From sequence record PZ347775.1: a stretch of DNA of 64,000 nucleotides, one strand, 5' to 3'. Shown here piece after piece: positions 7,943 through 19,174 of this stretch. The number at the start of each line of letters is the position of its first letter. Positions within the stretch are counted from its first letter, which is position 1. This DNA is from a phage. Both the position numbers and the translations under genes were made by a program. The notes under the pieces are model-generated. The model was not told the origin of the DNA and searched no databases. It saw only the letters and a list, made by a program, of their open reading frames with translations.

Positions 7943-8473
7943 TTAAACTTCTGCTATAATTTTGCCATCTTTTTCTACTTGAAAATACGTATAAGGAATC
8001 GTTGCTGTGCATACTAAGGCTGGGTCTGAATCTTCTGTGTAGCTAAATTCTACTTCAGACAGGTCAGAAACCCAGGGCTTATAAAAATTTATTGACATCA
8101 CGATTTCAGTTTTACTATTATCTAAAATGTAAAGCGTAATGTATTCAGGACCTGTTTTTTGGGCAGTATTTTCGCCTGTAAGATAGTTGCTAGTTCCTAG
8201 CATCCATTCATACATTCCTATCCACGACTTAAGTTCTTCATCAACTATAAATCTCACAATGAGTGGGTCGTACTCAAATGTAACACCTGGACGTTGTGCT
8301 CGGCCTAGTCCAAACGGCCCAGTCACGGTATCAGTAACAGGTATCCTAATTCCCGGAATAGGAACTGACTGAGCATTTAAAGTAAAAGCAGATGTAGTAT
8401 TACTATGCGGTATTGATACTACAAAGTTAGTTGTATTTGCTTGGTTAAAAATTTGTTGTAGTGCTTGCGACAT
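7943..8473 (-). CDS. 3: gp3 tail sheath stabiliser / tail completion (176 aa)
   Basis: Track ORF 7943-8554; start set to Met giving the T4 length of 176 aa. Confidence 0.85.
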   Translation of the reverse strand: MSQALQQIFNQANTTNFVVSIPHSNTTSAFTLNAQSVPIPGIRIPVTDTVTGPFGLGRAQRPGVTFEYDPLIVRFIVDEELKSWIGMYEWMLGTSNYLTGENTAQKTGPEYITLYILDNSKTEIVMSINFYKPWVSDLSEVEFSYTEDSDPALVCTATIPYTYFQVEKDGKIIAEV

Positions 8474-8579
8474 ATATTCCTCATAATGCTTCATAGATGT
8501 TAGTGGTATAATGGGTCTAAGTCTCTTCCATTCAATTCCAATTAGAACAAACAATAGAAAAGAATGGAAGATAATAGAA

Positions 8580-9404
8580 TTAGATATTTGACCAGACTTT
8601 GTTTGCAGAGAAACGTTTTCCTTTTGAAACGAACTGCTGAAGTGGCATTAACACAACGTTCGCCCAGTCTTTCGGGGCGATTTCAACAAGGCTACCCATA
8701 ATATTACCAGGTATATATGCCTTAATCATTTGGTCTGCACCCCTAAATCCTTTCACTTGACTCCAATCAATTTTTAATTTCGTTTTATTAGTAATAGTAG
8801 GTGTATTCGAATATTGCTTTAAAAGCTCTTCTAGAAATTGCTGACGAGCTTTAGGTGGAATATAGTGCAAGTTCAATCCGTACATTAAATTATGTTTACC
8901 TAAACCAAGGTAAATTATCAAAGGAAATTTATCCCAGTAAGGAAGAGTTTCCTTGTGTTTAGCATCATAAGCAAAAGCATATATTCGTCCCGGCTGCGGG
9001 CGAACAACTTTATGTCCTTTTACCTGCTTAATAGTTTCAGCAAACCACTTTCTGGTTTTATTATTAATTGCTGCACCTTCATTACGAATTTTATCACGCA
9101 ATGTTTGCCTGAATGAATTTATCATAAGCAGTTGTCTTTCTTGCTTATTGAGTTTATTCATTGGTTTTGATTCAAGCTTTTGAATCTTTTCAGCCGTTTT
9201 AATTCCTGAAGCATATTTTGACATTGCCGAAGTAAACGTAGAGTATTTGATTCCTCTTTCTTCAGCAAATTGCTTTCCTGTCATTCCTTTTGCTTTGGCC
9301 TTTCTGTATTCAAGACCTATCTGAATCCATTTCTTTTCATTTAATGATTGCTTAACCTTTGGAACTTGGGGAGTGCTTTCATTAATTATTTGAAAAATAG
9401 CCAT
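8580..9404 (-). CDS. 2: gp2 DNA end protector (274 aa)
   Basis: Length and position as T4 gp2. Confidence 0.9.
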   Translation of the reverse strand: MAIFQIINESTPQVPKVKQSLNEKKWIQIGLEYRKAKAKGMTGKQFAEERGIKYSTFTSAMSKYASGIKTAEKIQKLESKPMNKLNKQERQLLMINSFRQTLRDKIRNEGAAINNKTRKWFAETIKQVKGHKVVRPQPGRIYAFAYDAKHKETLPYWDKFPLIIYLGLGKHNLMYGLNLHYIPPKARQQFLEELLKQYSNTPTITNKTKLKIDWSQVKGFRGADQMIKAYIPGNIMGSLVEIAPKDWANVVLMPLQQFVSKGKRFSANKVWSNI

Positions 9405-9856
9405 TATGCCCCCTTAAAGCCAAGAGCTCTTAATCCATCTTCTGTTAGAATTCTAAATTTTATTCCACGCTTTTCAGCTAAAGCTTGAGCTGCTTTCCAT
9501 TTGTCAGTATTAACGGAATATGTATAAATTTCATTCATAAATCTTTTCTTCGCTGCAGTTGTTAGATGTGCTGGTTTAACTGGTGGTTGTGTTTCTTTTT
9601 TAGGCTTTATTTCAATAAAAAATTCTTGTCCAGAAGAATCTTTCATCCAAATATCCATGAAGTATCTACGTTTTTTCCCTTCTGCATTACAAAAATAAGG
9701 AATTACTGCTGTTTCACTACCCCATGCAATAATTTCTGGATTTTTATCTAACCATTCAAAAAAGAATTTTTCCCAATTTGATCTATACGTAATTTTTTTA
9801 GGGTCACCTCTATATTTTGATATATTTTTAGGAACCCATTTTCCAGAATATGCCAT
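9404..9856 (-). CDS. 4: gp4 head completion protein (150 aa)
   Basis: Length and position as T4 gp4. Confidence 0.9.
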   Translation of the reverse strand: MAYSGKWVPKNISKYRGDPKKITYRSNWEKFFFEWLDKNPEIIAWGSETAVIPYFCNAEGKKRRYFMDIWMKDSSGQEFFIEIKPKKETQPPVKPAHLTTAAKKRFMNEIYTYSVNTDKWKAAQALAEKRGIKFRILTEDGLRALGFKGA

Positions 9857-9867
9857 TGGATTCTCCT

Positions 9868-9875
9868 TATAAATA
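9868..9875 (+). promoter_or_regulatory. T4 late promoter TATAAATA for gene 53 (a second TATAAATA on the opposite strand serves gene 4)
   Basis: Exact TATAAATA motifs on both strands in the divergent 4/53 gap. Confidence 0.55.
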
Positions 9876-9903
9876 GATAATATATTTATAAACAGGAGGG
9901 CCC

Positions 9904-10494
9904 ATGCTCTTTACATTTTTTGATCCGATTGAATATGCGGCCAAAACGGTGAATAAAAACGCGCCGACTATTCCTATGACAGATATTTTTAGAAACTATA
10001 AAGACTATTTCAAACGTGCTCTTGCAGGATACCGCTTACGTACTTATTATATTAAAGGTTCACCACGCCCGGAAGAATTAGCAAATGCTATATATGGAAA
10101 TCCGCAGTTGTATTGGGTTTTATTGATGTGTAATGATAATTATGATCCGTATTATGGATGGATTACTTCGCAAGAAGCTGCTTATCAAGCATCTATACAA
10201 AAATACAAAAACGTAGGTGGAGACCAAATAGTATATCATGTGAATGAGAACGGTGAAAAATTTTATAATTTAATATCATACGATGATAATCCATATGTTT
10301 GGTATGACAAAGGCGATAAAGCTAGAAAATATCCTCAATATGAAGGAGCACTTGCTGCGGTCGATACGTATGAAGCTGCTGTTCTTGAAAATGAAAAACT
10401 TCGTCAAATAAAAATAATAGCAAAATCAGACATCAATTCATTTATGAACGACCTTATACGTATAATGGAGAAATCTTATGGAAATGATAAGTAA
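9904..10494 (+). CDS. 53: gp53 baseplate wedge (196 aa)
   Basis: SD AGGAGGG; length as T4 gp53. Confidence 0.9.
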   Translation: MLFTFFDPIEYAAKTVNKNAPTIPMTDIFRNYKDYFKRALAGYRLRTYYIKGSPRPEELANAIYGNPQLYWVLLMCNDNYDPYYGWITSQEAAYQASIQKYKNVGGDQIVYHVNENGEKFYNLISYDDNPYVWYDKGDKARKYPQYEGALAAVDTYEAAVLENEKLRQIKIIAKSDINSFMNDLIRIMEKSYGNDK

Positions 10495-12205
10495 TAACCT
10501 TAATTGGTTTGTTGGTGTTGTTGAAGATAGAATGGACCCATTAAAATTAGGTCGTGTTCGTGTTCGTGTAGTTGGTCTGCATCCACCTCAAAGAGCACAA
10601 GGCGACGTAATGGGTATTCCAACTGATAAATTACCATGGATGTCGGTTATTCAACCTATAACTTCTGCAGCAATGTCTGGAATTGGAGGCTCCGTTACTG
10701 GTCCGGTAGAAGGAACTAGAGTTTATGGTCATTTTTTAGACAAATGGAAAACTAACGGAATTGTCCTTGGCACATATGGCGGAATAGTTCGCGAAAAACC
10801 TAATAGACTTGAAGGATTTTCTGACCCAACTGGACAGTATCCTAGACGTCTAGGAAATGATACTAACGTATTAAACCAAGGCGGAGAAGTAGGATATGAT
10901 TCGTCTTCTAATATTATCCAAGATAGCAATCTAGACACTGCGATAAATCCTGATGATAGACCACTATCAGAAATTCCAACTGATGATAATCCAAATATGT
11001 CAATGGCTGAAATGCTTCGCCGTGATGAAGGATTAAGACTAAAAGTTTATTGGGATACTGAAGGATATCCGACAATTGGCATTGGTCATCTTATCATGAA
11101 GCAACCAGTTCGTGATATGGCCCAAATTAATAAAGTTTTATCAAAACAAGTTGGTCGTGAAATTACCGGAAATCCAGGTTCTATTACAATGGAAGAAGCG
11201 GTAGCTTTATTTGAACGTGATTTGGCTGATATGCAACGTGACATTAAATCGCATTCTAAAGTTGGCCCAGTTTGGCAAGCAGTTAATCGTTCTCGTCAAA
11301 TGGCATTAGAAAATATGGCATTTCAGATGGGTGTTGGCGGTGTAGCTAAATTTAACACAATGTTAACTGCTATGTTAGCCGGAGATTGGGAAAAAGCATA
11401 TAAAGCTGGTCGTGATTCATTGTGGTATCAACAAACAAAAGGCCGTGCATCCCGTGTTACCATGATTATTCTTACAGGGAATTTGGAATCATACGGTATT
11501 GAAGTGAAAACACCGGCTAGGTCTTTGTCAGCAATGGCTGCTACTGTAGCAAAGTCTTCTGATCCAGCTGACCCTCCTATTCCGAATGATTCGAGAATTT
11601 TATTTAAAGAACCTGTTTCTTCATATAAAGGTGAATATCCGTATGTTCACACAATGGAAACTGAAAGCGGTCATATTCAGGAATTTGACGATACCCCGGG
11701 ACAAGAACGATACAGATTAGTTCATCCGACTGGAACATATGAGGAAGTATCACCGTCAGGAAGAAGAACAAGAAAAACTGTTGATAATTTGTATGATATA
11801 ACAAATGCTGATGGTAATTTTTTGGTAGCTGGCGATAAAAAGACTAACGTCGGTGGGTCAGAAATTTATTACAACATGGATAATCGTCTCCACCAAATAG
11901 ATGGAAGCAATACAATATTTGTACGTGGCGATGAAACTAAGACAGTTGAAGGTAATGGAACTATCCTAGTTAAAGGTAATGTTACTATTGTAGTTGAAGG
12001 TAATGCTGACATTACAGTTAAAGGGGATGCTACTACTTTAGTTGAAGGAAATCAAACTAATACAGTAAATGGAAATCTTTCTTGGAAAGTTGCTGGGACA
12101 GTTGATTGGGACGTTGGTGGTGATTGGACAGAAAAAATGGCATCTATGAGTTCTATTTCATCTGGTCAATACACAATTGATGGATCGAGGGTTGACATTG
12201 GCTAA
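10478..12205 (+). CDS. 5: gp5 baseplate hub spike with lysozyme domain (575 aa)
   Basis: N-terminus MEMISNNLNWFVGVVEDRMDPLKLGRVRVRVVGLHPP and C-terminal VEGN beta-helix repeats. Confidence 0.95.
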   Translation: MEMISNNLNWFVGVVEDRMDPLKLGRVRVRVVGLHPPQRAQGDVMGIPTDKLPWMSVIQPITSAAMSGIGGSVTGPVEGTRVYGHFLDKWKTNGIVLGTYGGIVREKPNRLEGFSDPTGQYPRRLGNDTNVLNQGGEVGYDSSSNIIQDSNLDTAINPDDRPLSEIPTDDNPNMSMAEMLRRDEGLRLKVYWDTEGYPTIGIGHLIMKQPVRDMAQINKVLSKQVGREITGNPGSITMEEAVALFERDLADMQRDIKSHSKVGPVWQAVNRSRQMALENMAFQMGVGGVAKFNTMLTAMLAGDWEKAYKAGRDSLWYQQTKGRASRVTMIILTGNLESYGIEVKTPARSLSAMAATVAKSSDPADPPIPNDSRILFKEPVSSYKGEYPYVHTMETESGHIQEFDDTPGQERYRLVHPTGTYEEVSPSGRRTRKTVDNLYDITNADGNFLVAGDKKTNVGGSEIYYNMDNRLHQIDGSNTIFVRGDETKTVEGNGTILVKGNVTIVVEGNADITVKGDATTLVEGNQTNTVNGNLSWKVAGTVDWDVGGDWTEKMASMSSISSGQYTIDGSRVDIG

Positions 12206-12239
12206 TATACTTCCAATGAGCGCTGATTTAGGAGAATCC

Positions 12240-12734
12240 ATGGAAGGTTCTTCTATCGACGTCACCTTTACCGCTCAATTAGAAACAGGTGAAACGTTAG
12301 TATCTATAAATATAACTAGTTACGAAGAAACTCCTGGGGTTTTAGTAGAAGAAAATCGTTTATATGGAACGTATGAATCTGTATTTGGATTTGGAAATGA
12401 TGCGTTGAAATATCGTTTAGATAATGAATTTAAAACCGCTGCTTCATGGGAAGACCTTCCAACTGATTCTAATACTCAGTTATATTTATGGAAAGCTCCT
12501 CAAAACCTCCAGAAGACATTCACTTACGAAGTAACATTAATATATGACTACCAAGAACAAGGTGAATCTGGAGGTTCTGGCAGTAATTCTAGGTCATCTT
12601 CTGATACTACTGAACCAACGAATCCTCCAGCTCCAATAAGAAAAACTCTTGTTAAAAATTACACAAAAACTATAGTTGGAAATTGGAGTCGTTGGGCTAA
12701 TAAATTGAGAAGCTATGTGTATGAGAGGCCATAA
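12240..12734 (+). CDS. 5.1: gp5.1-like hypothetical protein (164 aa; start at Met with GGAG SD)
   Basis: Track ORF 12177-12734 overlaps gene 5; ATG at 12240 has SD GGAGAATCC. Confidence 0.6.
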
Positions 12735-13028
12735 ATGTCAGGATTAAGTTATGATAAGTGTGTTACTGCCGGCCATGAAGCATGGCCTCCAACAGTTGTG
12801 AATGCTACGCAAAGTAAAGTATTCACTGGAGGAATTGCTGTTCTCGTAGCAGGTGATCCAATTACAGAACATACAGAAATTAAAAAGCCATATGAAACAC
12901 ATGGCGGAGTGACACAACCTAGAACTTCTAAGGTATATGTCACTGGAAAGAAAGCTGTTCAAATGGCTGATCCAATATCATGCGGTGATACTGTGGCTCA
13001 GGCATCATCTAAAGTATTCATTAAATAG
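12735..13028 (+). CDS. 5.4: gp5.4 PAAR-repeat spike tip protein (97 aa)
   Basis: 97-aa protein [19 protein letters not shown]... with conserved Cys/His pattern. Confidence 0.9.
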
Positions 13029-13036
13029 GATTTAAA

Positions 13037-15019
13037 ATGGCAAATACCCCTGTAAATTATCAATTAACAAGAACAGCAAATGCTATTCCCGAGATATTCG
13101 TCGGGGGCACATTTGCTGAAATAAAACAAAACCTCATTGAATGGCTTAATGGTCAAAATGAATTTTTGGATTATGATTTTGAAGGCTCAAGATTAAACGT
13201 TCTGTGTGACCTTTTGGCTTATAATACATTGTACATTCAGCAGTTTGGTAATGCTGCCGTGTATGAAAGCTTTATGCGTACTGCTAACTTACGTAGTTCA
13301 GTAGTTCAAGCGGCACAAGATAATGGATATTTACCTACTTCAAAATCAGCTGCTCAAACTGAAATTATGCTAACTTGTACAGACGCATTGAATAGAAATT
13401 ACATTACTATTCCTCGTGGTACTCGCTTTTTAGCATATGCAAAAGATACTTCAGTTAATCCTTACAACTTTGTATCTACTGAAGATGTTATTGCTATTCG
13501 TGATAAAAATAACCAATATTTTCCACGTTTAAAATTGGCCCAGGGACGTATAGTAAGAACTGAAATCATTTATGATAAATTAACACCTATTATCATTTAT
13601 GACAAAAATATTGATAGAAACCAGGTTAAATTATATGTTGATGGAGCGGAATGGATTAACTGGACAAGAAAGTCAATGGTTCATGCTGGTTCTACATCAA
13701 CAATTTACTACATGCGTGAAACTATTGATGGAAATACTGAGTTTTATTTTGGTGAAGGTGAGATTTCTGTTAATGCGGCAGAAGGAGCATTGACTGCTAA
13801 TTATATTGGGGGTCTTAAACCTACCCAGAACTCTACGATTGTTATTGAGTACATCAGTACTAACGGCGCAGATGCGAATGGCGCAGTCGGATTTTCATAT
13901 GCAGATACATTGACAAATATAACTGTCATCAACATTAATGAAAATCCAAACGATGACCCAGATTTTGTTGGGGCAGATGGCGGCGGCGATCCAGAAGATA
14001 TTGAACGTATTCGTGAATTGGGTACTATTAAACGCGAAACCCAGCAACGCTGCGTAACTGCGACTGACTATGATACATTCGTTTCAGAGAGATTTGGTTC
14101 TATTATTCAAGCCGTTCAGACTTTCACTGATTCTACTAAACCTGGTTATGCATTTATTGCTGCTAAACCTAAATCAGGATTGTATTTAACTACTGTGCAG
14201 CGTGAAGATATTAAAAATTATCTCAAAGATTATAATTTAGCACCTATTACACCATCAATTATTTCTCCTAATTATCTTTTCATTAAGACTAATTTAAAAG
14301 TCACATATGCTTTAAATAAGCTGCAAGAATCTGAACAGTGGCTTGAAGGTCAAATAATTGATAAAATTGACCGCTATTATACTGAAGATGTAGAAATTTT
14401 TAACTCGTCTTTTGCCAAGTCTAAGATGTTAACTTATGTAGATGATGCAGATCATTCTATCATTGGTTCATCAGCGACTATTCAAATGGTTCGTGAAGTA
14501 CAAAACTTCTATAAAACGCCTGAAGCAGGTATTAAATACAATAATCAAATAAAAGATCGTTCTATGGAATCTAATACGTTTTCATTTAATTCTGGACGAA
14601 AAGTTGTGAATCCTGATACTGGTTTAGAAGAAGATGTATTATATGACGTTCGCATAGTATCAACAGACCGAGATTCTAAAGGAATTGGTAAAGTTATTAT
14701 TGGTCCATTTGCTTCTGGCGATGTTACAGAAAATGAAAACATTCAGCCGTATACAGGCAACGATTTTAACAAATTAGCAAATTCTGATGGACGCGACAAA
14801 TACTATGTTATCGGTGAAATAAATTATCCAGCTGATGTGATTTACTGGAATATCGCTAAAATTAATTTAACATCTGAAAAATTTGAAGTTCAGACCATTG
14901 AATTATATTCTGACCCAACAGATGATGTTATTTTTACTCGCGACGGTTCACTGATTGTATTTGAAAATGACTTACGTCCACAATACTTAACTATCGATTT
15001 GGAGCCTATATCACAATGA
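13037..15019 (+). CDS. 6: gp6 baseplate wedge (660 aa)
   Basis: Length and order as T4. Confidence 0.95.
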   Translation: MANTPVNYQLTRTANAIPEIFVGGTFAEIKQNLIEWLNGQNEFLDYDFEGSRLNVLCDLLAYNTLYIQQFGNAAVYESFMRTANLRSSVVQAAQDNGYLPTSKSAAQTEIMLTCTDALNRNYITIPRGTRFLAYAKDTSVNPYNFVSTEDVIAIRDKNNQYFPRLKLAQGRIVRTEIIYDKLTPIIIYDKNIDRNQVKLYVDGAEWINWTRKSMVHAGSTSTIYYMRETIDGNTEFYFGEGEISVNAAEGALTANYIGGLKPTQNSTIVIEYISTNGADANGAVGFSYADTLTNITVININENPNDDPDFVGADGGGDPEDIERIRELGTIKRETQQRCVTATDYDTFVSERFGSIIQAVQTFTDSTKPGYAFIAAKPKSGLYLTTVQREDIKNYLKDYNLAPITPSIISPNYLFIKTNLKVTYALNKLQESEQWLEGQIIDKIDRYYTEDVEIFNSSFAKSKMLTYVDDADHSIIGSSATIQMVREVQNFYKTPEAGIKYNNQIKDRSMESNTFSFNSGRKVVNPDTGLEEDVLYDVRIVSTDRDSKGIGKVIIGPFASGDVTENENIQPYTGNDFNKLANSDGRDKYYVIGEINYPADVIYWNIAKINLTSEKFEVQTIELYSDPTDDVIFTRDGSLIVFENDLRPQYLTIDLEPISQ

Positions 15020-18000
15020 CAGTAAAAGCACCTTCAGTCACTAGTCTCAGAATTTCCAAGTTATCCGCAAATCAGGTGCAAGTACGCTGGGATGACGTTG
15101 GTGCTAATTTCTACTATTTTGTAGAAATCGCTGAGACAAAAACAAACTCGGGGGAAAATCTCCCGAGTAATCAATACAGATGGATTAACTTAGGATATAC
15201 TGCAAATAACAGCTTCTTTTTTGATGATGCTGACCCGTTGACATCATACGTTATTAGAGTAGCTACAGCTGCGCAAGATTTTGAGCAGTCTGATTGGATT
15301 TATACCGAAGAGTTTGAAACTTTTGCTACAAATGCTTATACATTTCAAAACATGATTGAAATGCAATTAGCTAATAAATTCATTCAGGAAAAATTTACTC
15401 TTAATAATTCTGATTATGTCAATTTTAATAATGACACTATAATGGCTGCATTAATGAATGAATCATTTCAGTTCAGCCCATCATATGTTGACGTTTCATC
15501 AATAAGCAATTTTATTATTGGTGAAAATGAGTATCATGAAATACAGGGTTCTATTCAGCAAGTATGTAAGGATATTAACCGAGTTTATTTGATGGAATCA
15601 GAAGGGATTCTATACCTTTTTGAGCGTTATCAACCTGTAGTTAAAGTATCCAATGATAAAGGACAAACTTGGAAAGCTGTAAAGCTCTTCAATGACCGCG
15701 TAGGATATCCTTTATCTAAGACAGTATATTACCAATCTGCGAACACAACATACGTTCTAGGATACGACAAGATTTTCTATGGCCGCAAATCGACTGATGT
15801 TAGATGGTCAGCTGACGATGTCAGATTTAGTTCTCAGGATATAACATTCGCTAAACTTGGCGACCAATTACATTTAGGATTTGATGTAGAAATTTTTGCT
15901 ACTTACGCAACTTTGCCAGCGAATGTATATCGCATTGCAGAAGCTATTACTTGCACCGATGATTACATTTATGTTGTCGCCAGAGACAAAGTTAGATACA
16001 TAAAAACAAGCAATGCACCCATAGATTCTGATCCATTATCTCCAACATATTCGGAAAGGCTTTTTGAACCTGATACAATGACTATAACCGGAAATCCTAA
16101 AGCAGTATGCTATAAAATGGATTCTATCGGTGATAAAGTTTTTGCTCTTATTATTGGTGAAGTTGAAACATTAAATGCTAATCCTAGAACATCAAAAATA
16201 ATTGATTCTGCTGATAAAGGAATATATGTTTTAAATCATGACACAAAAACATGGAAAAGAGTTTTTGGCAACACTGAAGAAGAAAGAAGACGTATTCAAC
16301 CAGGGTATGCGAATATGTCAACTGATGGTAAATTAGTTTCTCTATCATCGAGCAATTTTAAATTTTTAAGTGATAATGTTGTTAATGACCCTGAAACTGC
16401 AGTAAAATATCAGTTAATCGGTGCTGTTAAATATGAATTTCCTCGTGAATGGTTAGCTGATAAGCATTATCATATGATGGCATTTATAGCAGATGAAAAG
16501 TCTGATTGGGAAACTTTTACTCCTCAGCCGATGAAATACTATGCAGAACCATTCTTTAACTGGTCTAAAAAATCTAACACACGTTGTTGGATAAACAACT
16601 CTGATAGGGTTGTAGTAGTTTATGCTGATTTAAAATACACTAAAGTTATAGAAAATATTCCGGAAACATCACCAGATAGATTAGTTCATGAATATTGGGA
16701 TGATGGCGATTGTACTATAGTAATGCCAAATGTTAAATTCACTGGATTTAAAAAATATGCATCTGGGATGCTTTTCTATAAAGCCTCTGGCGAAATAATT
16801 TCTTACTATGATTTTAACTATCGTGTTAGAGACACTGTCGAAATTATTTGGAAGCCAACTGAAGTATTTTTAAAAGCATTTTTACAAAACCAAGAGCATG
16901 AAACTCCTTGGTCGCCCGAAGAAGAGCGTGGATTAGCTGACCCTGATTTAAGACCATTGATTGGCACAATGATGCCTGATTCTTATTTGTTACAGGATTC
17001 GAATTTTGAGGCATTTTGCGAAGCATATATTCAGTATCTTTCTGATGGATATGGAACCCAGTATAATAATTTACGAAATTTAATTCGTAACAAATATCCA
17101 CGAGAAGAGCATGCATGGGAATATTTGTGGTCAGAGATATATAAAAGAAACATTTATTTAAATGCTGACAAACGCGATGCTGTTGCAAGATTTTTCGAAT
17201 CACGTAGCTATGATTTTTATTCTACTAAAGGAATTGAAGCATCATACAAATTTCTTTTTAAAGTTCTTTATAATGAAGAGGTTGAAATTGAAATTGAATC
17301 TGGGGCTGGTACTGAATATGATATAATCGTTCAATCTGATTCTTTGACTGAAGACTTAGTAGGACAAACGATTTATACAGCCACAGGAAGATGTAATGTT
17401 ACTTATATAGAAAGAAGCTATTCTAATGGTAAATTGCAATGGACCGTAACTATTCATAATCTTTTGGGAAGATTGATTGCCGGTCAAGAAGTTAAAGCAG
17501 AAAGACTTCCTAGTTTTGAAGGCGAAATTATTCGTGGCGTTAAAGGAAAGGATTTGCTTCAAAACAATATAGACTATATTAATAGAAGTAGATCATACTA
17601 TGTAATGAAAATTAAATCCAATTTACCTTCTTCCCGCTGGAAATCTGACGTTATTCGTTTTGTTCATCCAGTAGGATTTGGATTTATAGCAATTACCCTT
17701 TTAACAATGTTTATTAATGTTGGTTTAACTCTTAAACATACAGAGACTATAATTAATAAATACAAAAACTATAAATGGGATTCTGGATTGCCTACTGAAT
17801 ACGCTGATAGAGTAGCTAAATTGACTCCAACTGGAGAAATTGAGCATGATTCAGTAACAGGCGAAGCAATTTATGAGCCTGGCCCAATGGCTGGCGTAAA
17901 ATATCCTCTTCCTGGTGACTATAATGCTGAAAATAATAATTCAATATTTCAAGGTCAATTGCCGTCTGAACGACGTAAATTAATGAGTCCTTTATTTGAT

Positions 18001-18114
18001 GCATCTGGAACAACATTTGCACAATTTAGGGATTTAGTTAATAAACGTCTAAAAGATAATATAGGAAATCCAAGAGACCCTGAAAATCCAACACAGGTTA
18101 AAATAGATGAATGA
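15016..18114 (+). CDS. 7: gp7 baseplate wedge initiator (1032 aa)
   Basis: Length and order as T4. Confidence 0.95.
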   Translation: MTVKAPSVTSLRISKLSANQVQVRWDDVGANFYYFVEIAETKTNSGENLPSNQYRWINLGYTANNSFFFDDADPLTSYVIRVATAAQDFEQSDWIYTEEFETFATNAYTFQNMIEMQLANKFIQEKFTLNNSDYVNFNNDTIMAALMNESFQFSPSYVDVSSISNFIIGENEYHEIQGSIQQVCKDINRVYLMESEGILYLFERYQPVVKVSNDKGQTWKAVKLFNDRVGYPLSKTVYYQSANTTYVLGYDKIFYGRKSTDVRWSADDVRFSSQDITFAKLGDQLHLGFDVEIFATYATLPANVYRIAEAITCTDDYIYVVARDKVRYIKTSNAPIDSDPLSPTYSERLFEPDTMTITGNPKAVCYKMDSIGDKVFALIIGEVETLNANPRTSKIIDSADKGIYVLNHDTKTWKRVFGNTEEERRRIQPGYANMSTDGKLVSLSSSNFKFLSDNVVNDPETAVKYQLIGAVKYEFPREWLADKHYHMMAFIADEKSDWETFTPQPMKYYAEPFFNWSKKSNTRCWINNSDRVVVVYADLKYTKVIENIPETSPDRLVHEYWDDGDCTIVMPNVKFTGFKKYASGMLFYKASGEIISYYDFNYRVRDTVEIIWKPTEVFLKAFLQNQEHETPWSPEEERGLADPDLRPLIGTMMPDSYLLQDSNFEAFCEAYIQYLSDGYGTQYNNLRNLIRNKYPREEHAWEYLWSEIYKRNIYLNADKRDAVARFFESRSYDFYSTKGIEASYKFLFKVLYNEEVEIEIESGAGTEYDIIVQSDSLTEDLVGQTIYTATGRCNVTYIERSYSNGKLQWTVTIHNLLGRLIAGQEVKAERLPSFEGEIIRGVKGKDLLQNNIDYINRSRSYYVMKIKSNLPSSRWKSDVIRFVHPVGFGFIAITLLTMFINVGLTLKHTETIINKYKNYKWDSGLPTEYADRVAKLTPTGEIEHDSVTGEAIYEPGPMAGVKYPLPGDYNAENNNSIFQGQLPSERRKLMSPLFDASGTTFAQFRDLVNKRLKDNIGNPRDPENPTQVKIDE

Positions 18115-19111
18115 TTCAAGTGTTATCTATCGTGCGATAGTTACTTCAAAATTTAGAACAGAAAAAATGTTGAATTTTTATAATTCAATTGGAAGTGGTC
18201 CGGATAAAAACACTATCTTTATCACATTTGGAAGATCAGAACCATGGTCATCAAATGAAAATGAGGCGGGCTTTGCCCCGCCTTATCCCACTGATTCTGT
18301 ATTAGGTGTAACTGATATGTGGACACATATGATGGGAACAGTAAAGGTTCTTCCATCAATGCTTGATGCTGTTATTCCTCGCAGAGATTGGGGAGATACT
18401 AGATATCCGGATCCATACACATTTAGAATTAACGATATTGTAGTGTGTAACTCAGCTCCTTACAATGCTACTGAATCAGGCGCAGGCTGGCTAGTATATC
18501 GTTGTTTAGATGTTCCTGATACTGGAATGTGTTCAATAACATCTTTAACTGATAAGGATGAATGCCTCAAATTAGGTGGAAAATGGACTCCTTCTGCTAG
18601 GTCAATGACTCCTCCTGAAGGTCGAGGAGACGCGGAAGGAACAATCGAACCCGGCGACGGATATGTTTGGGAATATCTTTTTGAGATTCCGCCTGATGTA
18701 TCTATAAATAGATGCACGAATGAATATATCGTGGTTCCTTGGCCTGAGGAATTAAAAGAAGACCCGGCTAGATGGGGGTATGAAGATAATCTCACTTGGC
18801 AACAAGATGATTTTGGATTAATTTACCGTGTTAAGGCAAATACTATCCGTTTTAAAGCATATTTAGATTCAGTTTATTTTCCTGAAGCTGCACTGCCGGG
18901 AAATAAAGGATTTAGACAAATATCAATAATCACGAATCCTCTTGAAGCTAAAGCTAATCCAAATGACCCAAACGTTAAAGCTGAAAAGGATTATTATGAT
19001 CCGGAAGATTTAATGAGGCATTCGGGCGAAATGATTTATATGGAAAATAGGCCACCTATTATCATGGCAATGGATCAAACAGAAGAAATCAATATTCTGT
19101 TTACATTTTAA
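18107..19111 (+). CDS. 8: gp8 baseplate wedge (334 aa)
   Basis: Length and order as T4. Confidence 0.95.
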   Translation: MNDSSVIYRAIVTSKFRTEKMLNFYNSIGSGPDKNTIFITFGRSEPWSSNENEAGFAPPYPTDSVLGVTDMWTHMMGTVKVLPSMLDAVIPRRDWGDTRYPDPYTFRINDIVVCNSAPYNATESGAGWLVYRCLDVPDTGMCSITSLTDKDECLKLGGKWTPSARSMTPPEGRGDAEGTIEPGDGYVWEYLFEIPPDVSINRCTNEYIVVPWPEELKEDPARWGYEDNLTWQQDDFGLIYRVKANTIRFKAYLDSVYFPEAALPGNKGFRQISIITNPLEAKANPNDPNVKAEKDYYDPEDLMRHSGEMIYMENRPPIIMAMDQTEEINILFTF

Positions 19112-19116
19112 CTTAA

Positions 19117-19140
19117 GGGAGCCCATGGGCTCCCTTTTTC
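19117..19140 (+). terminator. rho-independent terminator (GGGAGCCCATGGGCTCCC plus T-run) after gene 8
   Basis: Perfect hairpin followed by TTTTTC. Confidence 0.6.
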
Positions 19141-19142
19141 TT

Positions 19143-19150
19143 TATAAATA
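19143..19150 (+). promoter_or_regulatory. T4 late promoter TATAAATA for gene 9
   Basis: Exact motif 25 nt upstream of gene 9. Confidence 0.6.
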
Positions 19151-19174
19151 CTATAAACTCATAAGGAAACCGCT

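Noticed and set aside
12744-12962. Two overlapping minus-strand ORFs (64 and 72 aa) inside gene 5.4
   Set aside because: Antisense to the conserved PAAR-type gene 5.4 and lacking ribosome-binding sites.
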